NCBI GenBank assembly: GCA_029865125.1 | Contig: JAOUHN010000001.1 | Span: 1,360 to 65,359, forward strand | Direction: 5' to 3' | DNA from: Candidatus Moraniibacteriota bacterium | GTDB lineage: Bacteria; Patescibacteriota; Minisyncoccia; Moranbacterales; UBA9337 | DNA: 64,000 nucleotides | Part shown: piece by piece, positions 20,611 to 29,945 of the stretch | How positions within the stretch are numbered: the first letter of the stretch is position 1 | How the letters are laid out: each line of letters opens with the position of its first letter | Program-made: the position numbers and the translations under genes | The notes under the pieces: generated by a model | Seen by the model: only the letters and a program-made list of their open reading frames with translations | What the model was told of the DNA's origin: nothing | The model's database searches: none

Positions 20611-20641
20611 TATTTTGAAATATTTTGATTTCGAAGAAATC

Positions 20642-20920
20642 TTATCTATCAAAATCTCTCTTAGGTCTCTCTTCCATAGGACGAGCCTCATTAACGGTAA
20701 TGTTTCTTCCATCGAAGTCTTTACCATCAAACATTTCAATAGCTGCTTGAGCTTCTTCATCTGTTGACATTTCAACGAATCCGAAACCTTTTGAACGACC
20801 AGTTGCTCTATCCATAATTACGATAGCTGATTCAACTGTTCCAGCTGCTGAGAAAGCTTCTTTCAATGCATCTTCAGTAGTTGCATATGGAAGTCCTCCT
20901 ACATATAGTTTCTTTGCCAT
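20642..20920 (-). CDS. RRM-type RNA-binding protein
   Basis: RNP-2 LYVGGL and RNP-1 KGFGFVEM; 92 aa. About 270 bp of untranslated leader lies upstream. Confidence 0.85.
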   Translation of the reverse strand: MAKKLYVGGLPYATTEDALKEAFSAAGTVESAIVIMDRATGRSKGFGFVEMSTDEEAQAAIEMFDGKDFDGRNITVNEARPMEERPKRDFDR

Positions 20921-21154
20921 AACGATTTTTTCTTACTTTTAATTAGTGAGCGCGTGATAAACATTTTTCCTTAAAATACGTTCACTTGGATATGTCAATT
21001 TGCGCAAAAATCGCCAACCCAAAGAAACCAACTAATGAAAAACTTACACTTACTCTTACGCGTACAGTATACACTATCGCGCCTCAAAAGTCAATGGCTA
21101 CGCCCACTGGCAATGTCTGAATTCAAATACTCGTACTTATTACATTCCCAGTGA

Positions 21155-21190
21155 TTCATGCTATATGTTCTATGTTATATGCTACGTGAC
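21155..21190. repeat. Heptanucleotide array (short)
   Basis: ATGCTAT ATGTTCT ATGTTAT ATGCTAC. Confidence 0.6.
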
Positions 21191-21192
21191 TA

Positions 21193-22605
21193 TTAATATC
21201 TATAATGATCCGCTTTATATGGTCCATTCATTGAAACTCCCAAATATTCAGCTTGCTCCTTTGTCATTTTTGTAAGCTTCACTCCTAATTTTTCAAGATG
21301 AAGTCTTGCAACTTCTTCATCAAGAATCTTTGGCAAAGTGAAGACTCCAATTTCATAATCATTTTCCCAAAGCTCAATTTGAGCCAAAACTTGATTTGTG
21401 AAAGATGCGCTCATCACAAAACTTGGGTGTCCTGTTGCATTTCCAAGATTCACAAGCCTTCCACGAGACAGAAGAATGATTGAGTGCCCATCAGGAAAAA
21501 CAAACTTGTCCACTTGAGGTTTGATGTTGATTTCCTTGATTTTCGGATATTTTTCTAGAGCTTCCACTTGAATTTCATTATCAAAATGTCCAATATTACA
21601 AACAATTGCCTCGTCTTTCATTTTTTCCATGTGATCAATTCTGATGATATCCTTGTTTCCTGTTGTTGTCACAAAAATGTCACCTTCTTTCACAGCTTTC
21701 TCAAGTGTTGTCACTTCAAATCCTTCCATTGCTGCTTGAAGAGCACAGATTGGGTCAATTTCGGTCACAATAACTCTAGCGCCAAAACCTTTCATGCTTT
21801 GAGCGCATCCTTTTCCAACATCACCATATCCACAAACAACAACGATTTTTCCAGCAATCATCACATCTGTTCCGCGCTTGATTCCATCCGCCAAACTTTC
21901 TTTGCAACCATACAGATTGTCAAACTTACTCTTCGTTACAGAATCATTTACGTTGATCGCAGGGAAAAGAAGCTCTCCTTTTTCAAAAATTTGATACAGT
22001 CTGTGAACTCCTGTTGTAGTCTCCTCTGAAACTCCTCGAAGCTCTTCAGCTATTCTGCTCCAATAAGTCTTGTCTTCCTTATACTTTCTCACAATGACGC
22101 TCATCAACTCTCTTTCTTCCTCGTTTTTTATTTTTTTCACATCACTGATGTTCGTTGGACTTTCTTCAATCTTCACTCCTTTGTGAATCATGAGTGTTGC
22201 ATCTCCTCCGTCATCAACAATCAAATTTGGACCTTTTCCTTTTCCAAAATCAAGTGCTTTTTCAGTGCACCACCAATATTCCTCAATTGTTTCTTCTTTC
22301 CAAGCAAAAACAGGAATTCCAGCAGCCGCAATTGCAGCAGCAGCATGATCTTGGGTTGAAAAAATATTGCAAGATGCCCATCTCACATCCGCTCCAAGTT
22401 CTACAAGTGTTTCAATGAGAACTGCCGTTTGAATTGTCATATGAAGACTTCCGGTAATCCTTGCACCTTTCAAAGGTTTTTTCTTTCCATATTTCTCACG
22501 CACAGCCATAAGTCCCGGCATTTCTTTTTCAGCCATTTCAATTTCTTTGCGTCCATATTCTGCCAAACTCATGTCTTTCACTTTGTAATTCTTTGTTTCG
22601 TCCAT
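21193..22605 (-). CDS. ahcY: S-adenosyl-L-homocysteine hydrolase (adenosylhomocysteinase)
   Basis: NAD-binding [40 protein letters not shown], with SAHH N-terminal and C-terminal signatures. The ORF-track ORF extends to 22629; the start at MDETKNYKV is assumed. Confidence 0.9.
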   Translation of the reverse strand: MDETKNYKVKDMSLAEYGRKEIEMAEKEMPGLMAVREKYGKKKPLKGARITGSLHMTIQTAVLIETLVELGADVRWASCNIFSTQDHAAAAIAAAGIPVFAWKEETIEEYWWCTEKALDFGKGKGPNLIVDDGGDATLMIHKGVKIEESPTNISDVKKIKNEEERELMSVIVRKYKEDKTYWSRIAEELRGVSEETTTGVHRLYQIFEKGELLFPAINVNDSVTKSKFDNLYGCKESLADGIKRGTDVMIAGKIVVVCGYGDVGKGCAQSMKGFGARVIVTEIDPICALQAAMEGFEVTTLEKAVKEGDIFVTTTGNKDIIRIDHMEKMKDEAIVCNIGHFDNEIQVEALEKYPKIKEINIKPQVDKFVFPDGHSIILLSRGRLVNLGNATGHPSFVMSASFTNQVLAQIELWENDYEIGVFTLPKILDEEVARLHLEKLGVKLTKMTKEQAEYLGVSMNGPYKADHYRY

Positions 22606-22688
22606 TGCTTTATATTTAGTAATTAGCAATCCGTAACTAATAACTAGGAATTCCTAGGAAAACCATATTACCGATTACTGATTACGCG

Positions 22689-23684
22689 TTACGAGTTACT
22701 TATTTTATACTTCTCAATCTCTCCATGATATTTCTCATCCATTCTTGCTCCTGGACTTGCCACCACGAGTGCGGCCAAATGGCTGGCAATTTTCCCTGTC
22801 TCATCCATATTGATTCCATTTACAATCCCATGAAGAATTCCAGCTGCATACATGTCTCCCGCTCCATTTGTGTTCACTTCTTCAATTACATAGGGGTCAA
22901 TTCTGTGAAGCATTCCATTTGATTTGATGATACTTCCTTTTTTTCCAAGTTTCACAATTGCCATGTCACACATGCTTGCAATTTCATGCACCGCTCCTTC
23001 AGAATCAAGTCCTGTAAATTTCTTAGCTTCATCCTCATTGGCAAATACAATGTCTACATGCCTGTCCACCACTTCCTTGAAAAGATCTCCGGTTCGCTCA
23101 ATGAGCCCTGGATCCGAAAGATCCAAACTAATCTTTGCTCCATTTTCCCTGGCAATCTCGATTGCTCGAAACATTGCTTCTCTGGTCAACGGATCTTCCA
23201 ATTGATATGCCTCCACATGAAGAACCTTTCCGCTCTTAATGTCATCTTCCAAAATATGTTCATCTCTGATGGCTGCTGCTGCACCCAAGTGCGTGGCAAA
23301 TGTTCTTTCTCCATCTGGAGTAATGAAAGTGATTGCGTGACCCGTTGCGTGATCATCGTGCTTGTGAAGCGCACCACAGATTCCATCCTTGCAAACTTGT
23401 GCTTCATAAATTTCCCCGTGCTCATCATCACCCAAAACTCCAATGAGCGCTGTCTTGTTTCCCAAAAGACTGGTTCCTGCAATCGTGTTTGCAGCGCTTC
23501 CACCGCTCACAATGTCTTTTTTGTGGTTCTTGATATACTCTAAAATTCTGTCACTGTCTTCTTTTGTGATCAGATTCATTCCTCCCTTCTCAAAACCAAG
23601 CGCTCGGAGCACTTTTTCTTCAACATTCACAATTATATCCAAAAGCGGGCTTCCAATGCCCACCACATCATGTTTTTTGTTCAT
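22689..23684 (-). CDS. PfkB-family carbohydrate/nucleoside kinase (possibly adenosine kinase, given the ahcY neighbour)
   Basis: C-terminal PfkB signature NTNGAGDMYAAGILHG and an N-terminal GG motif. 331 aa with a roughly 60-aa insertion. Confidence 0.75.
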   Translation of the reverse strand: MNKKHDVVGIGSPLLDIIVNVEEKVLRALGFEKGGMNLITKEDSDRILEYIKNHKKDIVSGGSAANTIAGTSLLGNKTALIGVLGDDEHGEIYEAQVCKDGICGALHKHDDHATGHAITFITPDGERTFATHLGAAAAIRDEHILEDDIKSGKVLHVEAYQLEDPLTREAMFRAIEIARENGAKISLDLSDPGLIERTGDLFKEVVDRHVDIVFANEDEAKKFTGLDSEGAVHEIASMCDMAIVKLGKKGSIIKSNGMLHRIDPYVIEEVNTNGAGDMYAAGILHGIVNGINMDETGKIASHLAALVVASPGARMDEKYHGEIEKYKISNS

Positions 23685-23756
23685 TTGTTTTCTATTAAGA
23701 AATACTTAAACATGTTCTAGTGTACCACACTCATAAAATATGCCAAATCCGAGTCA

Positions 23757-23792
23757 CGGAACATGAAACACATAACATAAAACATGCACCAC
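23757..23792. repeat. Heptanucleotide array, reverse orientation
   Basis: GGAACAT GAAACAC ATAACAT AAAACAT GCACCAC. Confidence 0.6.
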
Positions 23793-23867
23793 AAAATTCA
23801 TTGACACGCTAACAAATTTACCCTATATTATCAACAATCCCAAAACTCAGCTGATAAGAGGTGCTCT

Positions 23868-24113
23868 ATGTATTTTATTACAGGCAGTTTAACTCAATCC
23901 GGAACAGGAAACTATTTTTTGGAGGCTATTTATGCGCCAAATCATCCTGAATCTCAGGATGTTGCCTCCATCTATCACAAAACTCGCCAGGATACAAACG
24001 AAAGAAAAACCTGGGGATGTGACGACAAAAAAAGAAATGTCATCGGGATTCAGATGCACGGCAAAAACGGCACCAGAATGGTGTTTTTCCCCAGAGCAAT
24101 AAGCTCTAAGTAG
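23868..24113 (+). CDS. Small hypothetical protein (81 aa)
   Basis: ORF followed by terminator GAGCC-GTGG-GGCTC plus T7 (24175-24196). No homology recognised. Confidence 0.35.
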   Translation: MYFITGSLTQSGTGNYFLEAIYAPNHPESQDVASIYHKTRQDTNERKTWGCDDKKRNVIGIQMHGKNGTRMVFFPRAISSK

Positions 24114-24210
24114 CCAGCACCCTTTGAGCAAAAACTAATCACACGACAATACAAAAACCCCGCAGCTCGAACCAGAGCCGTGGGGCTCTTTTTTTATCTC
24201 CATCTTTTCT

Positions 24211-24239
24211 CTCAAATCTCAACTCTCCCATCTCAAATA
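24211..24239. repeat. 29-bp perfect direct repeat (copy 1), TCTCAAATCTCAACTCTCCCATCTCAAAT
   Basis: Identical to 24931-24959; together they flank the 720-bp gene. Confidence 0.9.
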
Positions 24240-24952
24240 CACCTCTTCACCAAATCTCTCAATTCACAATCTTCAAGCTCTTTCAAAATTCTGTCATGCG
24301 TTCCTTCAATCTTTTTTCTGACCTCATCATCCTTTTGAAGCTTAGCAAATTCTTCTCGCATCTTTTTCCACAACTCTTCTCCGATTCCCATGTCAAGCCA
24401 CAAACCCTCATAATCCTCAATGCCTAGCTTTTTCTTGCTAGCATACATGCCAACAGTCAACTCATAGTGCTCTTTGAGTTTTTGAGTGTCCTCGCTGTTG
24501 GGAATTTGGGTTACCAAAACACCTTCTTTGATGGCCTCAAAGTCAACTTTCTCAAAATCAAACATGTCTTGAATCATTTTTGCCGCAGAAAATGCAATCC
24601 AAACGCTGTTTCCAGCCGCAATTTCAGAAAAAGACATTCCCAAAATTTCTTCCATGATGTTTCCTTGAGCCAAGTCCAAAGCCAAATGAGTGTACCAGCC
24701 TTTTCTAAAGTCACTGTCTCCATACTCAAACTCCTCAAACACAGGATGGGCCAATCTCCGATCAATCCCGGTGACATATCTGCTATCCGGATACACTGAA
24801 CCTGAGACGTATTCTTTCAAATCATTCACGCCCATCCTTTCTTTCAATTCCAGTGCAAATCTAATGTGTGATGCTTGCAACGCCATACGATTATTTTTAA
24901 AATTAATCCTCCGTATTTTCCTTTTTCCTATCTCAAATCTCAACTCTCCCAT
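24233..24952 (-). CDS. Hypothetical cytoplasmic protein (239 aa)
   Basis: No recognisable motif. The N-terminal 8 codons lie within a 29-bp repeat, so the true start may be the internal MALQASH. Confidence 0.5.
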   Translation of the reverse strand: MGELRFEIGKRKIRRINFKNNRMALQASHIRFALELKERMGVNDLKEYVSGSVYPDSRYVTGIDRRLAHPVFEEFEYGDSDFRKGWYTHLALDLAQGNIMEEILGMSFSEIAAGNSVWIAFSAAKMIQDMFDFEKVDFEAIKEGVLVTQIPNSEDTQKLKEHYELTVGMYASKKKLGIEDYEGLWLDMGIGEELWKKMREEFAKLQKDDEVRKKIEGTHDRILKELEDCELRDLVKRCI

Positions 24953-24959
24953 CTCAAAT
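24931..24959. repeat. 29-bp perfect direct repeat (copy 2)
   Basis: Identical to 24211-24239. Confidence 0.9.
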
Positions 24960-26147
24960 CTATTTCCTCCCTGTCATTCCCTTTCCGACAAAATAGCTGA
25001 GTGCTGCCACAACAAACATGCTGAGAGCTGCCAAGATGAAGCTGGTGTGAAAAACATTGACCAACACCGCAAGAACCCCGAACAAAATGGCATTGGCAAA
25101 CATGTGCGATGTGTTCATATACATTGATGCTGAAAGAGTATCAACTTTCTCTCCTTTTTCAAAAATGTTGCTGTCCAATGGAAGCGCTACGAAAATAGTG
25201 AAAAATCCAATCAAAAACACGCTAATATAATAGAAGTAGCTATTATCCACAAACAGTCTCGAAATCCAAACCACCGCAATAGCCATGCTCGCCATTGCCA
25301 TGATAGTGTTTCTTTTTTCTTTTTTGGTTTTACTGGCAATATAGATGAAAAATACCGCTGTCACAGAAACAATGATTGGAAGCACTGCCACAGATTCCAC
25401 TGTCACAAAAAGCAAATAAATAAAAATCGGCCACAAAATGCTTTCGGTCGTATTGTGAAATGTGATGAAAATTGAAGCAACATAATCACGTGTCACATCC
25501 CAAGTAGAAAAAAATTCTTTGTAACTCTTCTGTTTTCTCTTTGGCTTGTCATCAATCTCTTTGATTTTGACCAAAGGCACAATGGACACAGCCAAAATCA
25601 ATGCGCTCGCAAGCAAAAGTGCTTCTCGACCCCAAGAAATCAAAACAACTGCTCCAAGTGCTGGTGCAACCATTCCTGCCACTCTCCTCACCATCCTCAA
25701 TGTTCCAGCGTCTTTTGAAACATCCTCATCGTTTTTGCTACATTTCATGAAGAGATACAAATGAGCCACCCAATAGAAGGTGTCATAGAGTGCTGCAAAA
25801 AGAGCAATCAAAACCAACAAAGGCCAGTTTCCTGCACTCAACGCAAAGAGTCCCACAAAAAATGCCACTGCAAAAGCAGATCCCCAAACAACAACCCACT
25901 TAGCCCCAATTTTCCTGGTCAAATACCTGGCAAAAAAATTCAAAGGGGTGTCAAAGAGATTAAACAAGAAATAGTAAATCATCACTTCTCCAATGCCGTA
26001 GCCAATCTGCAAAAGAAAGATTGGAACAAAAATGGAAACCATTGAAGTTGCGAAAGTGTGAAGCCAAACAGAAAACTCAAACAACCAAAAATCTGAATGA
26101 ATGAGCCTTTGAATGGACTGCCTATGATGAAAATGAAATAACTGCAT
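24960..26147 (-). CDS. Major-facilitator-superfamily-like transporter (12 TM helices)
   Basis: 395 aa with two six-helix halves and the loop motif GTLRMVRRVAGMVAPALG. Confidence 0.65.
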   Translation of the reverse strand: MQLFHFHHRQSIQRLIHSDFWLFEFSVWLHTFATSMVSIFVPIFLLQIGYGIGEVMIYYFLFNLFDTPLNFFARYLTRKIGAKWVVVWGSAFAVAFFVGLFALSAGNWPLLVLIALFAALYDTFYWVAHLYLFMKCSKNDEDVSKDAGTLRMVRRVAGMVAPALGAVVLISWGREALLLASALILAVSIVPLVKIKEIDDKPKRKQKSYKEFFSTWDVTRDYVASIFITFHNTTESILWPIFIYLLFVTVESVAVLPIIVSVTAVFFIYIASKTKKEKRNTIMAMASMAIAVVWISRLFVDNSYFYYISVFLIGFFTIFVALPLDSNIFEKGEKVDTLSASMYMNTSHMFANAILFGVLAVLVNVFHTSFILAALSMFVVAALSYFVGKGMTGRK

Positions 26148-26253
26148 TTTTTGTTTTTTTAAAACTAATTAACTTTTCAAGTATACCACATCCCGCACCC
26201 TCATCCATTACTGCCTATTATCAAATATTCTCTTTTTTATATTATTCAAAAAA

Positions 26254-26325
26254 CACTGTCATCCTGAACTTGCTTTGCCTCGCCTTGGGCGGGATTCAGG
26301 ATCCCGTCATAACAGCGCAACTCAG
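26254..26325. repeat. REP-like dispersed element, copy A (TGTCATCCTGAAC...TTCAGGATCCC hairpin)
   Basis: Shares the core with the copies at 45288, 47305 and 54318; this copy has a 22-bp insertion in the loop. Confidence 0.8.
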
Positions 26326-26580
26326 CTATATCACCCCAAAATAACTTCATCAAATATAAAATAGGTATAACTTTACCTAAATTATACCTATTTTATACCT
26401 ATTTATCTTTCCCCGCTTTTGCTCAAAAAACACCTACTTTCACTTATTTTCAACGGCTCATACGGTCGTGTGAGCCGTTGAAATCCCGAGTTTTGCCTCA
26501 TTTTTCCCATTTTTGAGAAAATAAAAACGAGGTGCCGGGGAATTTCCCTAACACCTCGTTCAAGCCTTTCTGGCTTATTT

Positions 26581-26985
26581 TTATCGAATCGTCCACCAAA
26601 GGGCTTTCTCTCCGTATCGAGCCACAAAACCTCTGTCTTCCTTTAATAAACCCTCAATCAATGGGATCAACTCATTCATGCAATCAAACAATTGATTGTT
26701 TTTTGAGCTAATATCCAGTATTTTATCGCCAATATAGAGAAGTGCCTCTACAACGCGACCTTGATACAGTATCCTAACCATAATCGGACCCATCAAGGAA
26801 GGGTCACTACACCCCCCAGCAATGTATCTGGCAACGTCATTCGAATCATGCGCCTCATGAATCACGCAAGGAGTAGCTCTATTTTTAGCCATGTCAATCC
26901 TCCTTTTAGCCCCTTCTATCTCTTCTTCAGTTCGACCTCTGACCATGCATCCCCCTCTATAGGTTTCGTCTTTATTTACTAGCAC
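26581..26985 (-). CDS. Hypothetical protein on a short higher-GC segment
   Basis: 134-aa ORF with roughly 48% GC against roughly 33% in the surroundings. Two strong hairpins lie 3' of it (26452-26482 and 26527-26560). Confidence 0.4.
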   Translation of the reverse strand: MLVNKDETYRGGCMVRGRTEEEIEGAKRRIDMAKNRATPCVIHEAHDSNDVARYIAGGCSDPSLMGPIMVRILYQGRVVEALLYIGDKILDISSKNNQLFDCMNELIPLIEGLLKEDRGFVARYGEKALWWTIR

Positions 26986-27061
26986 TTGTTAGTGCTCTAT
27001 TTGCCAAAAACACTTTTTTCAAAGTGAGGTTCTATTCTGTTACAATATTCAATTTTTGTCA

Positions 27062-27097
27062 AACAAAAAACACCCTGCTTTGTCGGGGTGTTTTTTG
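27062..27097. terminator. Bidirectional terminator (ACACCC-N9-GGGGTGT flanked by A and T runs)
   Basis: Directly readable from the sequence. Confidence 0.65.
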
Positions 27098-27115
27098 TTC
27101 TGTTCCAAGTATGTT

Positions 27116-28291
27116 TTATTTCTCAGCCAATTTTCTTCTAAGTTCCTCTAATTCTGCCTCTTGTCGCGCAATTATTTCTTTCTTTTTCTTATCTTCTTTT
27201 TTTAGATTCTCATTTTCTTCAGTCAAGCTATCAATTTTTTCCTGATCACTTCTTCCGGAGCGATAAATTGACTCAGTGAGTCTTTCCTTTTCATCTTCTG
27301 ATTCAGCTCTTCTTTCTTGATCCTTTTCCTTATTAACACTCATTTCCTTATCAGAAATACTAATCATCTTTTCAATAACATTCACTAATAATTCCTCATA
27401 TCCTTTGCCTTCAATATTTTCACCATCTAAAACATCCCTCAAAGCATCCTTCAAAATTGCCACCCCACCGCTAATGCTCGCTTTGAAACGAAAATCCCGT
27501 GGCCACGAGTCTGTGTCGAAACCTATTTTATCATAGGCTGCTTTCTGTTCATCATTAGAAAAATCCTGAACATCATCCATATCCAAACTTCCAACGTCCT
27601 CTTGGATTTTTTCAATAACATATTCAATAAACGTCCTATCTTTCACATTTTCTCCATCTATTCCAACAAAATCACTTTTTTCATTGAGTGATTTGCTCGC
27701 CTTAATCGCACACATAAATTCATCTCCTGATCTTCTTGCTGGATAAAACTTAATTCCAGATTCTCTCAACCACATTGCAGTTTTCCCTCCATTGAAAACA
27801 TCCGCGATTTTTTTCAAGAACAAGTCACCCGCATCATGCTTTCCTAGTGCATGATCATTGACTGATTTGAGGCCATCCACGTCAAAAAAAATCATGGCGC
27901 TTTTGCTCAAATCCTCAAAAGATCCCTCCCTGCTTTCAATTAAGTTGTCATCTACAAGCTCCAGAAGCTCCGCTTTGAGAAAATTGAAATTGGCAATTCC
28001 AATTCGATCATCATAATAATTCGCAAGAGCGTCCAAAACAAACCATCTGGAAGTTTTTCGCAAAGCCCCTTCATTTACCTCCATCTCCCTTAGCTCTTTT
28101 ACCCTGTTACTAATAATCTCAACAGCCCCCTCAGGAAGACTACACCTTACTTCAAGATCCTTCAAAATCTTTTCAATTTTCACCTCTTCTCTATCCCTTT
28201 TCTTTGTCATCCCTTCAACTAACTGTTCTATTTTTTCATCTCTCTCGGGAACATTTTCTGCACTAGGCATCATTCCTTGTTCTTTCATCAT
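27116..28291 (-). CDS. GGDEF-like nucleotidyl cyclase domain protein with degenerate SGDEF motif, N-terminal helical domain and C-terminal coiled coil
   Basis: IFFDVDGLKSVND ... GKHDAGDLFL ... YPARRSGDEFMCAIK matches the GGDEF palm-domain order D-x-D-x-[FL]-K-x-x-N-D / GHxxGD / RxGG[DE]EF. The C-terminus is charged and heptad-repeat-like. Confidence 0.6.
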   Translation of the reverse strand: MMKEQGMMPSAENVPERDEKIEQLVEGMTKKRDREEVKIEKILKDLEVRCSLPEGAVEIISNRVKELREMEVNEGALRKTSRWFVLDALANYYDDRIGIANFNFLKAELLELVDDNLIESREGSFEDLSKSAMIFFDVDGLKSVNDHALGKHDAGDLFLKKIADVFNGGKTAMWLRESGIKFYPARRSGDEFMCAIKASKSLNEKSDFVGIDGENVKDRTFIEYVIEKIQEDVGSLDMDDVQDFSNDEQKAAYDKIGFDTDSWPRDFRFKASISGGVAILKDALRDVLDGENIEGKGYEELLVNVIEKMISISDKEMSVNKEKDQERRAESEDEKERLTESIYRSGRSDQEKIDSLTEENENLKKEDKKKKEIIARQEAELEELRRKLAEK

Positions 28292-28356
28292 ATTTTCTTA
28301 TTTTATCTTATCATTAATATTCTACCACAAAACGAAAATTTCAGTGATTCTAGGAC

Positions 28357-29250
28357 CTATCTCTTTGATTCAAGCACACCGTTTCTAGTGCTTCCATTTT
28401 TTCTCCATTCGCTACATTTCAAAACCTTGTCCCCACCCTGAAAACACTTATTATAGGAATCTAGACGACCCTCATACAAATAACTTTCTGCGTCAACAAT
28501 TTCCCCATGCATATACAAATGCCTCGAATCTTTCCCAAATGGCCCGCAAGCATCAAAAGTCCTGGCGTCAGCATTTTCAACTTTGACTCGACATCCCTCT
28601 GCTGTTTTTCCAATTTCTTCTGTTCCAATGTAATACACATTCTTTCCATCACTCGCATAATCATTGCTGCACTCAAACAAACTGAAGTTTTCAAGCAATG
28701 GGTATTGTTTGTTGTCACAATAATAATGTTTGTTGTCCAAACCACGATTAGACTCCGCATCCATCACAACAAAGGACTTCGGGTCAGAACCATCAAAAGC
28801 AATCAATTCTTTTGAATTATTCAAAAACACCTTGTCTCCATCATCAAAAAATGAATTGCATTTCCCTTCTCCCACCATGCTAAACTCAGAGGCCTCCACA
28901 TCGTCAACTACTGTCAACGCATTGAATACATATCCATTGCCATCACTTCTATCATCAAGAAAAAAAACTTTTTCATTGTCTCTTGCTATCATTCCACTGC
29001 AGCCAACCGCTTCAAATGAGTCCACTTGTGCTTGAGGAATGGTTTTGACAAGTGGCAACGCTGACTGCATGCCAAAACGACTCATGTCAAAATGAATCAG
29101 ATACCTGTCCACATAATACACCTTAAAAGAATCCTTATAATACCCTGCTTTTCCTATCTTCTCCTTGCCAAAAGGAGTGAAGACATAGGCAGCAACCAGT
29201 GCCACCACAGAGACCGCAATCAAATAGAACACCCATCCTCTTTTGTTCAT
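28357..29250 (-). CDS. Membrane-anchored DKNYY-type repeat protein
   Basis: N-terminal TM helix; repeated D(G)KN(V/Y)YY...ADxxTF units (DGKNVYYIGTEE..ADARTFDA; DNEKVFFLDD; GDKVFLNN; DNKHYYCDNK). Confidence 0.55.
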   Translation of the reverse strand: MNKRGWVFYLIAVSVVALVAAYVFTPFGKEKIGKAGYYKDSFKVYYVDRYLIHFDMSRFGMQSALPLVKTIPQAQVDSFEAVGCSGMIARDNEKVFFLDDRSDGNGYVFNALTVVDDVEASEFSMVGEGKCNSFFDDGDKVFLNNSKELIAFDGSDPKSFVVMDAESNRGLDNKHYYCDNKQYPLLENFSLFECSNDYASDGKNVYYIGTEEIGKTAEGCRVKVENADARTFDACGPFGKDSRHLYMHGEIVDAESYLYEGRLDSYNKCFQGGDKVLKCSEWRKNGSTRNGVLESKR

Positions 29251-29388
29251 AGCGAAAGATTTTAAATTTTACTTTTCTATTCTACCATAAAACGAAAAAC
29301 CGAGCATGAATGGTGTTGTTGACAAAAACTGAAATTTGTATATAATGAAGTGTAGCTTTTGTGGTTTTTTTATTACCCAAAAAATTAT

Positions 29389-29462
29389 AGCGGGGTGGAG
29401 CAGTCTGGCAGCTCGTGTGGCTCATAACCACAAGGTCGCAGGTTCGAATCCTGCCCCCGCAA
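29389..29462 (+). tRNA. tRNA with CAU anticodon (Met or Ile2-lysidine; A1·A72 mismatch, A11:U24)
   Basis: Acceptor AGCGGGG/CCCCGCA, anticodon arm TGTGG-CTCATAA-CCACA, T-arm GCAGG-TTCGAAT-CCTGC. Confidence 0.8.
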
Positions 29463-29518
29463 CACGAAGAATTGAGAGTGAGTTTTACAAGGAGTGAAAA
29501 ATACTCCTGGGCATATTT

Positions 29519-29592
29519 GCCAGGGTAGCTCAGTTGGTTAGAGCGCGGGACTCATAAGCCCGAGGTCGTGAGTTCAACTCTCACTCCTGGTA
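29519..29592 (+). tRNA. Second tRNA with CAU anticodon
   Basis: GCCAGGG-TA-GCTC-AGTTGGTTA-GAGC-G-CGGGA-CTCATAA-GCCCG-AGGTC-GTGAG-TTCAACT-CTCAC-TCCTGGT-A. Confidence 0.8.
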
Positions 29593-29595
29593 CAA

Positions 29596-29668
29596 AAAAC
29601 ATACAGCACATAACATGCAACATGCAGCAATTTTTTTGTTCTATGTTTCATGAGATGTGTTTCATGAA
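29596..29668. repeat. Heptanucleotide array between tRNAs (both orientations)
   Basis: AAAACAT ACAGCAC ATAACAT GCAACAT GCAGCAA ... ATGTTTC ATGAGAT GTGTTTC ATGAATA. Confidence 0.7.
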
Positions 29669-29675
29669 TAAACAC

Positions 29676-29749
29676 GGGGGCGTAGCTCAGCTGGTTAGAG
29701 CGATTGCCTGTCACGCAATAGGTCGAGGGTTCGAGTCCCTTCGCTCCCG
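29676..29749 (+). tRNA. tRNA-Asp (anticodon GUC)
   Basis: GGGGGCG-TA-GCTC-AGCTGGTTAG-AGC-G-ATTGC-CTGTCAC-GCAAT-AGGTC-GAGGG-TTCGAGT-CCCTT-CGCTCCC-G; discriminator G. Confidence 0.85.
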
Positions 29750-29945
29750 CAGAAGAAACTTGAAACAGAGTCGCCTTAGCTCTGTTTTAAGTTTTCTATT
29801 AGACAGAAAAGGATGAAAAGGGTATTTTAAAAAGACACCTGATCCTTTTCTTCAAGCATCCATAAGGTAAAAGCTCTTTGTAATAGAAAAGGTTTTTAGT
29901 TAGTAGCTATTGTCATCCTTTATTATCAACAGTGAAAAGACACAT

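Noticed and set aside
26403-26627. 74-aa ORF
   Set aside because: It overlaps two strong hairpins that are 3' structures of the 26581-26985 gene, so it is unlikely to be coding.
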